DNA of 63,953 bases, filler included, from Octopus bimaculoides (taxonomy: Eukaryota), in NCBI RefSeq assembly GCF_001194135.2. It is 7 parts of 6 records of this genome, joined end to end, with 100 filler letters (N's around TTAATTAATTAA, not from the genome) between each part and the next. Parts side by side here need not be neighbours in the genome. Positions count along the whole stretch, not along the records: positions 20,968 to 25,665 come from NC_068985.1; positions 25,766 to 41,127 come from NC_068996.1; 5 more parts are not named here. One strand, written 5' to 3'. Numbering within the stretch: the stretch's first letter is position 1; each line of letters opens with the position of its first letter. The notes under the pieces are model-generated. The model had not been told where the DNA came from. It ran no database searches and saw nothing but the letters and a program-made list of their open reading frames with translations. This document shows, in pieces, positions 23,700 to 35,789 of the stretch. Position numbers and translations under genes: made by a program.

Positions 23700-25070
23700 T
23701 GGCTATCTTTGTCAAATTCCAATCTATTGAGGAGAGCACGAGAAAAGGATTTACCAGAGATGGGTTGAGAATTGTGTGTTACAGCTTTCCCTCCTTAGCT
23801 GACTTGACGATGGCACCAAGTCTTCAATAATCAGGTACGCATTCATTCTCCCAAATATTGTTAACCATTATTCTTAACCATATTGTTAACACGAGTTAAC
23901 CATTTATATTTATATTTTCATAGCCACGTTTCAATAATTCAGCATTAATTTCATTTCGAGCTGCAGCTTAATTGTCTTTCGGAAGTTTGATTTCCTTAGT
24001 AATCTCAATGTTTTCGACAGAATTGGTATTAGCGGCAATTAATATCATCATGGCACCATTTGAAGCATCAAACACGATAGAACTTCCAATGAACTGGACC
24101 ATTTATGCATTAGCAAGAGAGAGAGATCTACTGTACAAGAGCATATAGAGCATATAGAGGTGCTAACATGTCAAGTCACCAAATTTTTACTGGCAAAGTT
24201 ATGATCTCGCTAAAAAAAAGTTCGAAATGTAAAGGAAATCAAAATGTCAAGACATTTTTACTTTGACAAACTGAAAGACGCAAATACCATCGATGCTTTT
24301 AGAATACCATTAAATAAGAAGTTTGAAACGTAACTAATAATGAAGAGCTTAAAGCATAGGAGTTTGTTATTTCAAAAGTTCATCAAAGAAATTTCAGAGA
24401 ATATTTTTTTTAAGAAAAAGGAGCAAAAAGAAAGACGTTTGGATGCCTTCCGACAGATGGAAACGCATTGATGAAAAGAAATCAATGAAAAGGACAAAGC
24501 AATGAATGCAGATAATTAGTTACATATATGTATATATTATTTTCTACTCTAGGAACAAGGCCCGAACAGTTTGGAAGGGCTAGTCGATTAGATCGACCCC
24601 AGTACGCAACTGGTACTTAATTTATCGACCTCGAAAGGCAAAGTCGACCTCGGTGGAATTTGAACTCAGAACGTGAAGACAGACGAAATACCATTAAGCA
24701 TTCCGCCTGGCGTGCTAACGCTTCTGCCAGATCGTCGCATTCATATATGTATATATTGTCAAAATTATAATAAAGATAAATAAGTAAAACCTAGTTGCAA
24801 GTTGATAAAGAAACCTGGAAAAAGTTACCCAAATAGCAGTTGAGAAAAGAGATAGAAAAACGTTGTAGAGAGTAACTAAGGAATTGGCAGGATATGCACA
24901 AAAATGTGACATGCCAGAAAAGCAAAGAAAACATAAAACTCCTATGCAACGAAGAAATTCAAAACCGTTGGAAAAAGAGAAACATTTTGATTTCGTGCTA
25001 AGTCTCCCAATGCCAAGATTAATTAATGAATAAATGACAAAGAAGAGAACTTATCCAATCATTTTCGTTA
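23700..25070 (+). mobile_element. Decayed RTE LINE (endonuclease C-terminus and linker), interrupted by a SINE at 24545-24740
   Basis: ELDHLCIS..RAYRGA.MSSH, FDKLKD..F, and W..IDEK motifs. Confidence 0.6.
24545..24740 (-). mobile_element. SINE family M
   Basis: Family match. Further copies at 25225-25375, 28205-28409, 43520-43735 and 44935-45165. Confidence 0.85.
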
Positions 25071-25765
25071 CTTTACAGCTGTTTCGATTGTAAGGTCGCG
25101 AGGTAAGTCAATCGTCAGATCTCTATCCGTAGGGAGCTTACTTATTCTATTTCTTTGCTTTGCAATTTTAGGACAGAGAAGCAGTTTGTAAGCCAAAACA
25201 TTACATGGATAATCAAAATAAATATCCTTTTCTACTTTAGGCACAAGGCTCGAAATTTTGGGGAAGGGGACCTGTTGATCAGATCGACACCAGTACGCAA
25301 ATAGTACTAAATTTATCGACCCGAAAGGATGAAAGGCAAAGTCGACCTCGGCGGAATTTGAGCGCAGAACGTAAAGACATATTAGTTGGTATTATCTTAA
25401 ACTGTCGTATTTCCAAATTATCAATAGTTATTTTTGCTTGGAGCGGCGGTTCTTTTGATCAAACTATCGTATCTCCGGCTGGGTTCAGATGCCAAGATAT
25501 ATAAAAAATTGTCACAGTAGGGTACAACGGTTTTGTTATGAAATGGTGAGACTACATTTTCGTTTTCTGAAAAAGCAACGTTTTAGACTTACGACAAGTT
25601 TGCAATGTATATATTTTTATATATATATATATATATATAAGAGAGCAGGGAGCCTCTTACAATATNNNNNNNNNNNNNNNNNNNNNNNNNNNNNNNNNNN
25701 NNNNNNNNNTTAATTAATTAANNNNNNNNNNNNNNNNNNNNNNNNNNNNNNNNNNNNNNNNNNNN

Positions 25766-25831
<66 letters not shown>

Positions 25832-25835
<4 letters not shown>

Positions 25836-26047
25836 TTCAGACAAATACATAACAAAAACACCAGGACTTACAAATATATATAACATACAGAAAATTGCAC
25901 TACTGGGTACTGCACACATTCTACGCAAAACACTTTCAATACAGTAAACATAAGAGCACCACAGCAAACCACAGCACATACCCAAGGCGCACAGAGCTGC
26001 GCTCGGTAGTGAAGTGAAAGCACGTTATAAAAATAAAACTACTGAAC
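25832..26047 (+). mobile_element. R4/Dong-clade 3' fragment in (AAT)n
   Basis: YSDKYITKTPGLTNIYNIQKIALLGTAHILRKTLSIQ* plus 3' UTR, flanked on both sides by (AAT)n. Confidence 0.85.
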
Positions 26048-26085
<38 letters not shown>

Positions 26086-26101
26086 TACTAATTATAAAAA
26101 T

Positions 26102-27780
26102 AAGCTGTTTTCTTTATTGACCACTAAGGTTCACCAAAAGAAGCAATAAAAGAAACATAAGAACGTGTGAAAACGATAAAACAAATTTTAACAATGAAAA
26201 ATCTCCCCAAAAGTGTGACTTACTATGGCTGCTCGTGAAAAGCCTTCGAAACCATGGAGGCTCCGACCACTAGGGTAAGTGCCCTCTCTTTGTCGTCTAT
26301 AGGCGTATGTTTCGAATGAACCTGTTCACACAGACGATTCTTGCCACATTCACGCACCTTTCGACAAAATTGCTGAGAGATAACACCTCCCGCTCTACCT
26401 TCACTTTCCTTTTGAAGTGAAGCTTGAAAAAGTTGATGAGGGTTTGGCCAAGGAGGAAAATGTCTGTCCTCAGCCCTTTCAACCTGGTATACCACACAAC
26501 CACTTTACCTAATGCTATCAGACAAAGAAACACTTCCTTCCCTTCCCTTCCAAAGGAAGGCGGCAGGACGATCTTCACGATGAAGTCAACCAATACCCAG
26601 ATCCATCCTACATGAGATAGCAGGTGTTTGATATAAAACCACAAGTCAGCCTACACAGCACTGGACAGGAACGTGCAGAACAGTTTAGCTGCTCTGCGCA
26701 CATCTCGGGCAAGCCCAGTTGACGGCATTCCTGTACCTGTAGAGTTTATCCGGAAGCGGCAATGCCCTCCTGTAGCACTGCCAGGCCAAGGATCACTGGA
26801 AAGTATCTATAGGCCCAGGCCCGAAAGTCCTCCGGAACTGACCAGCCAGCTGATTCTCGACGACGCCCAGAACCTCCCAGAACATGTCATCGCACTTACC
26901 TGCCTCTAACACTCTATAGAACACCAAAGTAGAAATTTCACCGACCGTATTTCTCGACTGACAGAATTTTGTGAGCGTCTGACGATACTTTAGGTGCCAG
27001 GCGCCCTGCCTCGGTCTACGCTTGATCCAGGACTGCAGCTTTGTCAAAGAGACGGGCTGTAGAGGAACGAGTCTGACAAACAACGACCACACCTTCTAGA
27101 TAACTGCTAGAAATGTCGCAGACTCAGTGTATTTCTTCACATCAGCAGCTACATCGTACCTAGCCCTACACATAGCGGGTGTCGACAACAAAGAGAGAGC
27201 CTGGCCAGTAGAAGGTACCTCTTCCACAAAAGCGGAAGAATATGAGCTCCAGTTTGTTCAGACGTAAAATGGAGCAAAATATGATGGTCAAACAATAATA
27301 TATAACGGAAGTGATGTCAGCATTCACCGCATCTGCCCGATCTTTCAGAGATAGCTTTCTCTCGGTCCATTTCTGGGTAAGTTTGGCCTCTCTGTTCGTC
27401 ACTTCCTCCTAGTACTTCCCCACCTGGAGTTCTGAACCAAACTAGACGCCGATCAACTTAACCGGTCCCTCCGCCCACCGTCGCACGACGTTATTAGACG
27501 GCATGGACCAAGTGCCGAGCTGCAGACCTTCTGTCACCCTATATTCTTATGGTGCAGCGCCGACCAGGTCCTGTCCGTTGCGTTCGACACAGTGACGGTG
27601 ACGTCGTCGTCGTTCGCGTATGCCGATACGATTCTCGCACGTTCTAGTTTGCACGAGATGCCTCTGAATACTTCGAATTTATGCAGCAGTCGTTCTAGTG
27701 CTGGTACATACAGAAGAGACGACAGTAGGCACCCTTGTCAGACCGAGCGCATGATGCTGTATGGTTCCGGTAAGTAACCC
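26102..27780 (-). mobile_element. Tx1/L1-clade LINE, 5'-truncated (RT C-half plus zinc finger)
   Basis: RSV*QGCLLSSLLYV, VSAYA.DD.VTV, W.ERKLSLK.RA, ACPRC...TVLH, ending in an AATAAAGAAA tail. Multiple stops and frameshifts. Confidence 0.85.
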
Positions 27781-28409
27781 TACACCCGAACTACCGAACA
27801 GGGCATACTACCTCTTTCCCTGTTTGTTAGAGCAGCTGAAGAAGATTGACGCAAAAGCCAATTTCGCCTTTGAAACTAACTCTTGTTATCCTCTCTTTTC
27901 CGTTTGGCGAAGAAGAACACCGGCATATTGTATTTTTAAGCAGTATTTCGAAAAAAAAAAGAGGTTCTTTACGAAGTTTCGGTCCATAGGGCAGATGACA
28001 ATAACTTTAACTCAAATCCTTATGGTCTGCTCAATATATGATACACTATACAATAAAAAAGAAAGAAAGCAAAAATAAACTTATGACAATGAAACAAGGG
28101 AATAACTCAGAGAGCGCTCGCGACACTTCTTGTCCTGGCCGTAAACAAGAACAAACAACAACGACGACGACGACGACGGCAACAACAACAACAAGAATAA
28201 TAATCCCTACCACTGGAAGCACAAGACCTCAAATTTGGGGGAGTGGATGAGTCAATTACATCGACACCAGACTGGTACTTAATTTATCAACCCCGAAAGG
28301 ATGAAAGGCAAAGTCGACCTCGGCGGAATTTCAACTCAGAACATAACGGCAGACGAAATACCGCTGAGCATTTCGCCCGGCGTGCTAACGATTCTGCCAG
28401 CTCGCCGCC

Positions 28410-28522
<113 letters not shown>

Positions 28523-28531
28523 AATATTTTC

Positions 28532-28682
28532 TTTTTGCTTCTGTATACCTACCTACTGGAGGAGTTATCTCAATCCTATAAAATATTACCAAAAATGAAG
28601 TAGATTGACGAGTTTATTTTTTGAATCACGCTAGATGCCGAAATATCGTTCACTTGAAAACAATGGCACTCTTCTTTTTTTT
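28532..28682 (+). mobile_element. Solo, internally deleted copy of the 2477-2865 hammerhead-bearing unit
   Basis: GCTTCTGTATACCTAC..TCAATCCTATAAAAT..AATGAAGTAGATTGAC..CTAGATGCCGAAATATCGTTCACTTG. Confidence 0.8.
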
Positions 28683-28685
28683 TGC

Positions 28686-28737
<52 letters not shown>

Positions 28738-28738
<1 letters not shown>

Positions 28739-29080
28739 TTATTTCTCGAAAAGAAATGGAAAAACTTTCAAAATACAAAGACCTGGAAATAGAGATAACT
28801 CGAATGTGGAGTCTAAAAAAAGAAACAATTCCTATCATAGTAGGTGCCTTAGGTATAATAAAAAAATATTCAGACAAATACATAACAAAAACACCAGGAC
28901 TTACAAATATATATAACATACAGAAAATTGCACTACTGGGCACTGCACACATCCTACGCAAAACACTTTCAATACAGTAAACATAAGAGCACCACAGCAA
29001 ACCACAGCACATACCCAAGGCGCACAGAGCTGCGCTCGGTAGTGAAGTGAAAGCACGTTATAAAAATAAAACTACTGAAC
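28738..29080 (+). mobile_element. R4/Dong-clade 3' fragment in (AAT)n
   Basis: EKLSKYKDLEIEITRMWSLKKETIPIIVGALG..ILRKTLSIQ* is the RLE C-terminus, with (AAT)n on both sides. Confidence 0.9.
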
Positions 29081-31329
29081 AATAATAATAATAATAATTA
29101 TTATTATTGTTATTATTATTATTATTGTTATTATTATTATTATTATTTTTATTATTATTATTATATTAATGGAATCAACATTATTTACTGTTCCTCCCCC
29201 AAATTTCTGGCCTTATTATTGTTAAGCTGTTCAGACGTGAGTTTTTAAATGTTCCTTGATTCTGGATTTTAACAAGCCTAAGCTACTTAAAATAAAATAA
29301 AAATTTCTTACTAGGAGTACTTGAACATTAGAAGTCTGCTCGTACAATCTCTTGTGAAAGAAAGATATGCTATTAGACGAATTTTATTCTTTCTATCATG
29401 TATTCTCTATGTTTAAAAACGGATTCGCCAAATACTCGCCCACCACCCAATAAAGAATTGTTGTGAAGTTGAACGTATTTGCACGGAATTTAGACTCAAA
29501 AATAAAAATAAATATACCAAAACATACAAAAGCGCCAAAACATACATTTTGGAAGAGAAGAGAGTTGACAATTTTGTGAAGAAAAATACTGTCGAGTGTA
29601 GGTTTTGGGATACGTTTGATCAAAACAACGGAAACGACAACATTCGCACAAACTTTGTCAGATGAAAGCAACATTAGAAATTTCAATAGAGGATCAGCAT
29701 AGTTTTTGCAAACATAACTTGCAAAGGACGAACTGGACATGCGTCATTTCATTGGAGAAAACCCATTTTATGTGAAAAAAATTTTTTTTTTCTCAATGCT
29801 GCCACGTTGTGCATTTCCAAAATGACACCGGATTTCTTCCTGCCTCCATAGAAAAGCTGCTACACATTGATAAACAGAATTAGACTATTTTGTGGGAATG
29901 GGAAGGACATTTTGGTAAAATGTGTTTTCAAAATTTCCATTTTATTTTCTCCGACAGCCATGGCTGTTCTCAGAGCTAGTGTACAAAGCTGTCTGAAAAA
30001 GGTCAGGTGGAAGTAGTAAACACCTCCTATCGTTTACTGCTTGACCGTCGTGCCATACTCCAATTACATTCTGCTCAGGTTAGAGCGTCTGTAATCCAGC
30101 CTGTGGAAGTGATACGTTCCACTGATCACATCAGGTGGTTCGTCTACTGCCAGTACTCTCTGCATGGTAGATTAGAAATTCCCTAACTGCTGATGCGCAA
30201 ACACTAACATAGGTTGTGATATTTGAAGAAATTTGTAGATCAAACACTGTTTACAAGATATTTTGATAGAGAAATTGTAGTGATCGCAGTAACAGCAACC
30301 TTAACCCCATCGCTGCAACAACAAAACAATAGCGAAAACATCAGCAATAACAGCAAGGAAAATGACATTATCAATAATCACTTCGTCAGTTTTAGGGAGA
30401 AGTATGTCCTGGTATTATCTGTCGAAAAGCAGGGTATCACCCTCACCAGTAACAATACCAACAAAAGCATCAGAAGCAACAACAAAAGCATCAGAAGCAA
30501 CAACAAAATGAGTAGCACCACACAAAACGAACACCAACACTAAAAAAAATGGCTCAAGTGCACACACATGCATCAACCAGCCTTCATCCTCTCCTGTTTT
30601 TCACATCGGATGACAAGGAGAAAGAGGAGCAGATTAAAGCATAGCAAACTATTATTGGAGGACCAAGAGAATCATAACAAAGCATCATAGCACATCTATA
30701 GAATGTCGACACCAAAAAGCCCGCAAGCTAACCATCCATTCAGCCACCAAAACAATATTAAGAAGATAAACAACAAAATCAGAAACTTAATAAGAATAGA
30801 CAAACCCTCAGATATACCAACAACAGGTAAACCCATAAGCATAGCAAAAAAACAAAACAAAACAAAAAAGCAAAAAGAACAGTAAGAACTATGATGGTGC
30901 TTCCGAAAGGCGGCCATTTGTGCAAAATCAAGAGCTTAGCAAAGAACTAGCGAAAGACAGGAAAATGAGCAGGTTAGAAGAGGGTAAAGGCATTATGGTG
31001 GCAGAATAAGGGAACAAAGGTTGTTCGATGTAGCTATGTGGTGGAGGCATAACGCAGACAGAAAGTCACAATTCAATCTTTGATGAAATGAGGCAACATG
31101 ATTTCAAGCTGATGTAGTCAGCTTTCTACTTGTACTTCAATTGGCTGTCGAAGAAGCGATAAATCAGAGATAATACATCCCCGAAAGAAGATATGGAACT
31201 CTAAGAGGTTGTGATGCTACAAATCGCCCGGTTCTACAGTCTTTACGAATGCTTGTCAAACAATTTCGGCAACCTCTTGGCTGACATTTACTTCAACTTT
31301 CGGTAAACCGAGAGAATAGCCGTTTTATG

Positions 31330-31700
31330 AGACTGGGTTTTATATCCCACTGAGAAAATACACAAACAATAGTGACGTAATTAACAATTTCTGGCTTTCA
31401 ATTCTGCTGATTAGAGTTTAAGATTTGGGCAAAGATGATAGCAAGAGGTTTAACAAGAGGCGGTGCAAACAATTTTGGAATTATGGACCAATTTTAAATC
31501 ATTGGTTCAACTGAGTTCGGCTGTTCAGGATATACTGAGCTGGCATGTTCGTGTTCTTGTTGTAGTTATGTACAGAATGACGAAATCCATTTGAGTACTC
31601 GTGCAAAATATTGACTTCTTGGATTGGTGTGGGTAGTTCTTCTATGTCTGGTAGTTATGAAGTAAGAAGTTGTATAGAGAACGCGATTGAAAAAATTAAG
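31330..31700 (-). mobile_element. Old CR1/L2/Jockey-type LINE relic (pre-RT region)
   Basis: PKLFAPPLVKPLAIIF resembles LK..AP.L.KPL..IF..SL. Confidence 0.35.
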
Positions 31701-31803
31701 ATAGAAATTTTCATCTGCAATCAAACTTACGCAACTTAAAGAGAATGAAGTTAGCGGCAGAAGTCTATTCTTTAGTAAAATTGGATAAAACTGGCAATAG
31801 TAC

Positions 31804-31851
<48 letters not shown>

Positions 31852-32123
31852 CANNNNNNNNNNNNNNNNNNNNNNNNNNNACACACACACACACACATAT
31901 ATATATAGTAAGAAGAAAAAGGGAGGACGAGAATTTCGATTATCCCCACGTGGTGACATGTAATGCAAAAAATATAAATAACTGCCCCTGTACCGAATAA
32001 TAAAAATCATCAATCACCTTCCCTTAGATTTTTCTACCTCTTGATTCATTTCATTCACAAACCAACATACACAACGTGAACTAAAATTTTCTTAAGAAAA
32101 TACGAAATTACAATAATTTCAAT

Positions 32124-32154
32124 GTCATGATTAGCGAAAGCGAAACCGGTCGAC
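32124..32154 (+). ncRNA. Very small hammerhead-like motif with two core substitutions
   Basis: GUC-aUGAUuA-GC-GAAA-GC-GAAA-CCGG-U-C-GAC: all three stems intact, palindromic ACCGGU stem III, GUC triplet. Confidence 0.5.
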
Positions 32155-32264
32155 GAAAACAATACCCTTTCATTTATAAAATATATTAAAAATATATATA
32201 AAAACTATGTAAACTGTGTGCATTTGCCTTCTTTTATATATATGTATATATTCTTTTATCCTTT

Positions 32265-32542
32265 TATTCTTATACTTGTTTTAGTCATTTGACTGCGGCC
32301 ATACTGGAGCACCACCTTTAGTCAAACAAATCGACCCCCAGGACTTATTCTTTCTAAGCCTAGTACTTATTCTATCGGTCTCTTGTGCCTAACCGCTAAG
32401 TTACGGGGACGTGAACACACCAGCATCGGTTGTCAAGCAATGGTGGAGGACAAATACAGACACACACATACATATATATATAATATAATATAATATAATA
32501 TATATATATATATATACGACGGGCTTCTTTCAGTTTCCGTCT
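32265..32542 (-). mobile_element. SINE family C, 3' part
   Basis: TTTTAGTCATTTGACTGCGGCCATACTGGAGCACC..GACGGGCTTCTTTCAGTTTCCGTCT. Confidence 0.85.
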
Positions 32543-32641
32543 NNNNNNNNNNNNNNNNNNNNNNNNNNNNNNNNNNNNNNNNNNNNNNNNNNNNNNNNNN
32601 NNNNNNNNNNNNNNNNNNNNNNNNNNNNNNNNNNNNNNNNN

Positions 32642-32962
32642 NAGCCTCGTTTAGTGCAAGTGTACCATCATCCATGCAAACACATTTCTCTCTCCGACGA
32701 CACCACGATTCTCCCTCATACACTGTCTTGCAACACGAAATACTTCAAGTCTTTGGTCCTCACGGCGCAGAACATTGGCAAGTTTTTTCTTGCTTCCCCT
32801 CTGGCTAAATAAACCTGTCGCCTAGCTTCCCTTCTGGCAGTCTGAAACAATTCCCTGCTACCACCATTCTTCCTGTCCTTCCAAGCCTGTTTCTTTTGTC
32901 TAATAGCCCTGTCAACAACATTGTTCCACCACCACGTTATTTTGGGTCGAGAGGGGACTTTA
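32642..32962 (-). mobile_element. RTE LINE ORF2 internal fragment
   Basis: PSRPKITWWWNNVVDRAIRQKKQAWK..EKCVCMDDGTL. Confidence 0.8.
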
Positions 32963-32979
32963 CACATATATATACACAT

Positions 32980-33012
<33 letters not shown>

Positions 33013-33049
33013 CACATATCATTTTGCCATGATAGATCGCTAGCCACTA

Positions 33050-33225
33050 CACATTCTTTTTATTCTCTCCTTGTTTCTTTCTGTGTTCTTTTCTGTGGAA
33101 GAGCGTAGGCTCGAAACATTAAAGACTTTTTCAATTCCTGAGAGTTATACTAATACATTTCTTTGTTGTCTACACCACCTGTCTTCGCCTTTTGTTCTTT
33201 TTTTGTGAATTCTCCCCCTATATAT
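33050..33225 (+). mobile_element. Penelope-tail-like repeat with hammerhead-like motif at 33088-33124
   Basis: CUUUU-CUGUGGA-A-GAGC-guag-GCUC-GAAA-CA-U-U-AAAG. Second copy at 50575-50745. Confidence 0.6.
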
Positions 33226-33645
33226 ACACATATATATATTGCTGAGACCCCCTTCGGTGATGACTGACCATGGCATTGCACCTGGAAAGTTACCCTTCCA
33301 GGCACAAGTCAGAGAAAGGTTGTTTATGGAAGACCAGCAGTCGCCCATGCATACCGGCCTCCCATCTCCACGCCACCAATGTTATTATGGAAGGGAGAAT
33401 TTAGTAAATCGATAGAAATAATTAATATAAACCAAAGTAATTAGGACTGTTCTTGAACTAATCAATATTATTATTTACTAAATGAGGTACCATATATAAT
33501 GCACATCCAAACTCTATCAATACGTTCAGAAGTAACAAACAACATTGTTGTAATAAGAATACAATTTATTAACTATACAATACTATAATTATTATTTTGG
33601 TTATTAATTTATTTATTTAGTCAAGTGAAACTATTTAATATTATC

Positions 33646-33690
<45 letters not shown>

Positions 33691-34925
33691 ATCAATTAAT
33701 TAATAAATGGAATAAGTGTATTTATACACACATTCATTTAGTATGATGAAGACATATTTTTTGTGATATGTAATATTAAATACTAGTATGATAAATTTAA
33801 CAGTAACTACAAGAATATGCACTAAAATATACATACACACAAACACACACATACACAGACACACATAAACACACACACACATGTACATACATACATATAT
33901 ATATATAATATAAATCACATTCTGTGTGTGTGTGTGTGTAAGATTTTAACGGCCATATTTTTCAACTGATTTTCTCCATACTTGAAACATACATTACTTA
34001 TGTTCCAGGGATAGTTTTAGATTCTTAAAAGCTCTCAGACAATAAGTAACAGACTCCCTGGGGGCAGAAAATACCTGTTCCTGTGTTATATGAGAAGGGA
34101 GGTAACTCTTTACAAAGTAACTTGATTCTCTCCCTTACATTCATTGGTCAAAAAATTATGTCAATCTCATCTAATATATAAAATAGAGATGTGTCTATTT
34201 GCTTTTCATGTGTATCTATATCTCTCTATATCTATCTTATTTTTTAACNNNNNNNNNNNNNNNNNNNNNNNNNNNNNNNNNNNNNNNNNNNNNNNNNNNN
34301 NNNNNNNNNNNNNNNNNNNNNNNNNNNNNNNNNNNNNNNNNNNNNNNNNNNNNNNNNNNNNNNNNNNNNNNNNNNNNNNNNNNNNNNNNNNNNNNNNNNA
34401 TCTCACTCATTCTCTATTGTTTTCACTGTAAGTTTTCAATCGCTGTTTACAAACAACAACAAATTATTGACAAAAAGAAGTTCACAATTACTGATGAAAG
34501 TAATTTCATACATAATTTACTGACAGAAGTAACTTCATTAAATTTGCCTACCAATTTCTAATTTACTTTTGCAACATTTTGTGTTTTTTTGTTGTTGATA
34601 GAATTACTGATAAAATTAAGTTCATAATTTACTGACAGAAATAACTTCAAAAATTTCACTAAGTACACTTAGTTAATTTCCCTAAAAATTTCTTATTTAC
34701 TTTTGCAACGGTTTTGTGTTTTTCTGTTGTTAATGGCTTTTTTCTGCTTCCTTCGATACTGATTCTTTGGTTCACTAAGTGACAAATTTTGTTTCAGCCC
34801 ATACAATTCTGTATTTTCTGTAAATTTTTTTTATTTTCTGCCCATCATATTCAGACATATAATTTCCGTTATTTTCATTGTTTACTATCTTCTGCACTTA
34901 TGTATTTCTGTATAAACACATAACC

Positions 34926-35546
34926 ATGCCTAGAAGGAAAGTGTCAAATTTGTCTACAATGTCAAGATCGGCCAAAAGACTGTCTCTGTCCACGGAAAGA
35001 GACAGCTGCAGAAAGGCAAGGATACCAAGAAATGAACAGACTGTGCACTATAAAAGCCAAAGCATTTCAAAGTGATGAGCAGAAGTATGCACAGCTGACA
35101 AGAAATAGGATATCCACTGCAGAACGAAGAACAGTTTGCAACGGCTCAGAGAAGCCACTTCTATGATGCAGCTTTCCATTATTATTCTGTAGTTCATTAT
35201 GCAGATGACACTAAAGTTTCTTTCGATGCAATGACAACTCAGTGCATACATTGTAAAGCAAAGAAGTGGCCTGGAGAGACACCTGCACTGTGCTGCAGTG
35301 GTGGAAAGGTTAAAATCCCTGCAATCATCCAACCTCCAGAGCCATTGAAGAAACTGTTATTAACTGACCAAGATTCCAAACACTTCCAAAACAAAATTAG
35401 GCCATAAAATGCTGCACTACAGATGAAATCATTTGGATCCACAAGTGATTTAACTGAGCCAGGATTTATGAAAACTTTCAAGATCCAAGGTCAGATTTAT
35501 TATCGAATTAGCTCTCTACTACCTCTGTCAAATGACTCAGCAAAGT
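34926..35546 (+). mobile_element. Helitron Rep-helicase N-terminal fragment
   Basis: QCIHCKAKKWPGETPALCCSGGKVKIP..PPEPLKKLL..SKHFQNKIR..NAALQMKSFG..GFMKTFKIQGQIYY.I.SLLP is the typical Helitron N-terminal zinc-finger region. Contains stops. Confidence 0.9.
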
Positions 35547-35598
35547 CGGCCTTTCATTGTTTATAATCTGTACTTGTTTTTTAGTGTTTTTGAATTAC

Positions 35599-35633
<35 letters not shown>

Positions 35634-35789
35634 TTGAAAACTTACTTTTAACATTTCACTTAATGTCTATGTTCCATGGTGGCATGGGTTGGAGAGTTAT
35701 TGATGTGGAAAGTTGGTATCTCAGTTACTAGCAGTTGTGATCTGCATAATCTAGAAAGTGCTTTTAAATTTCCTTATTCTCTTTAACCT

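Noticed and set aside
29396-29740. 114-aa minus-strand ORF as exon 2 of the mitochondrial gene
   Set aside because: No convincing splice sites or recognisable motifs.
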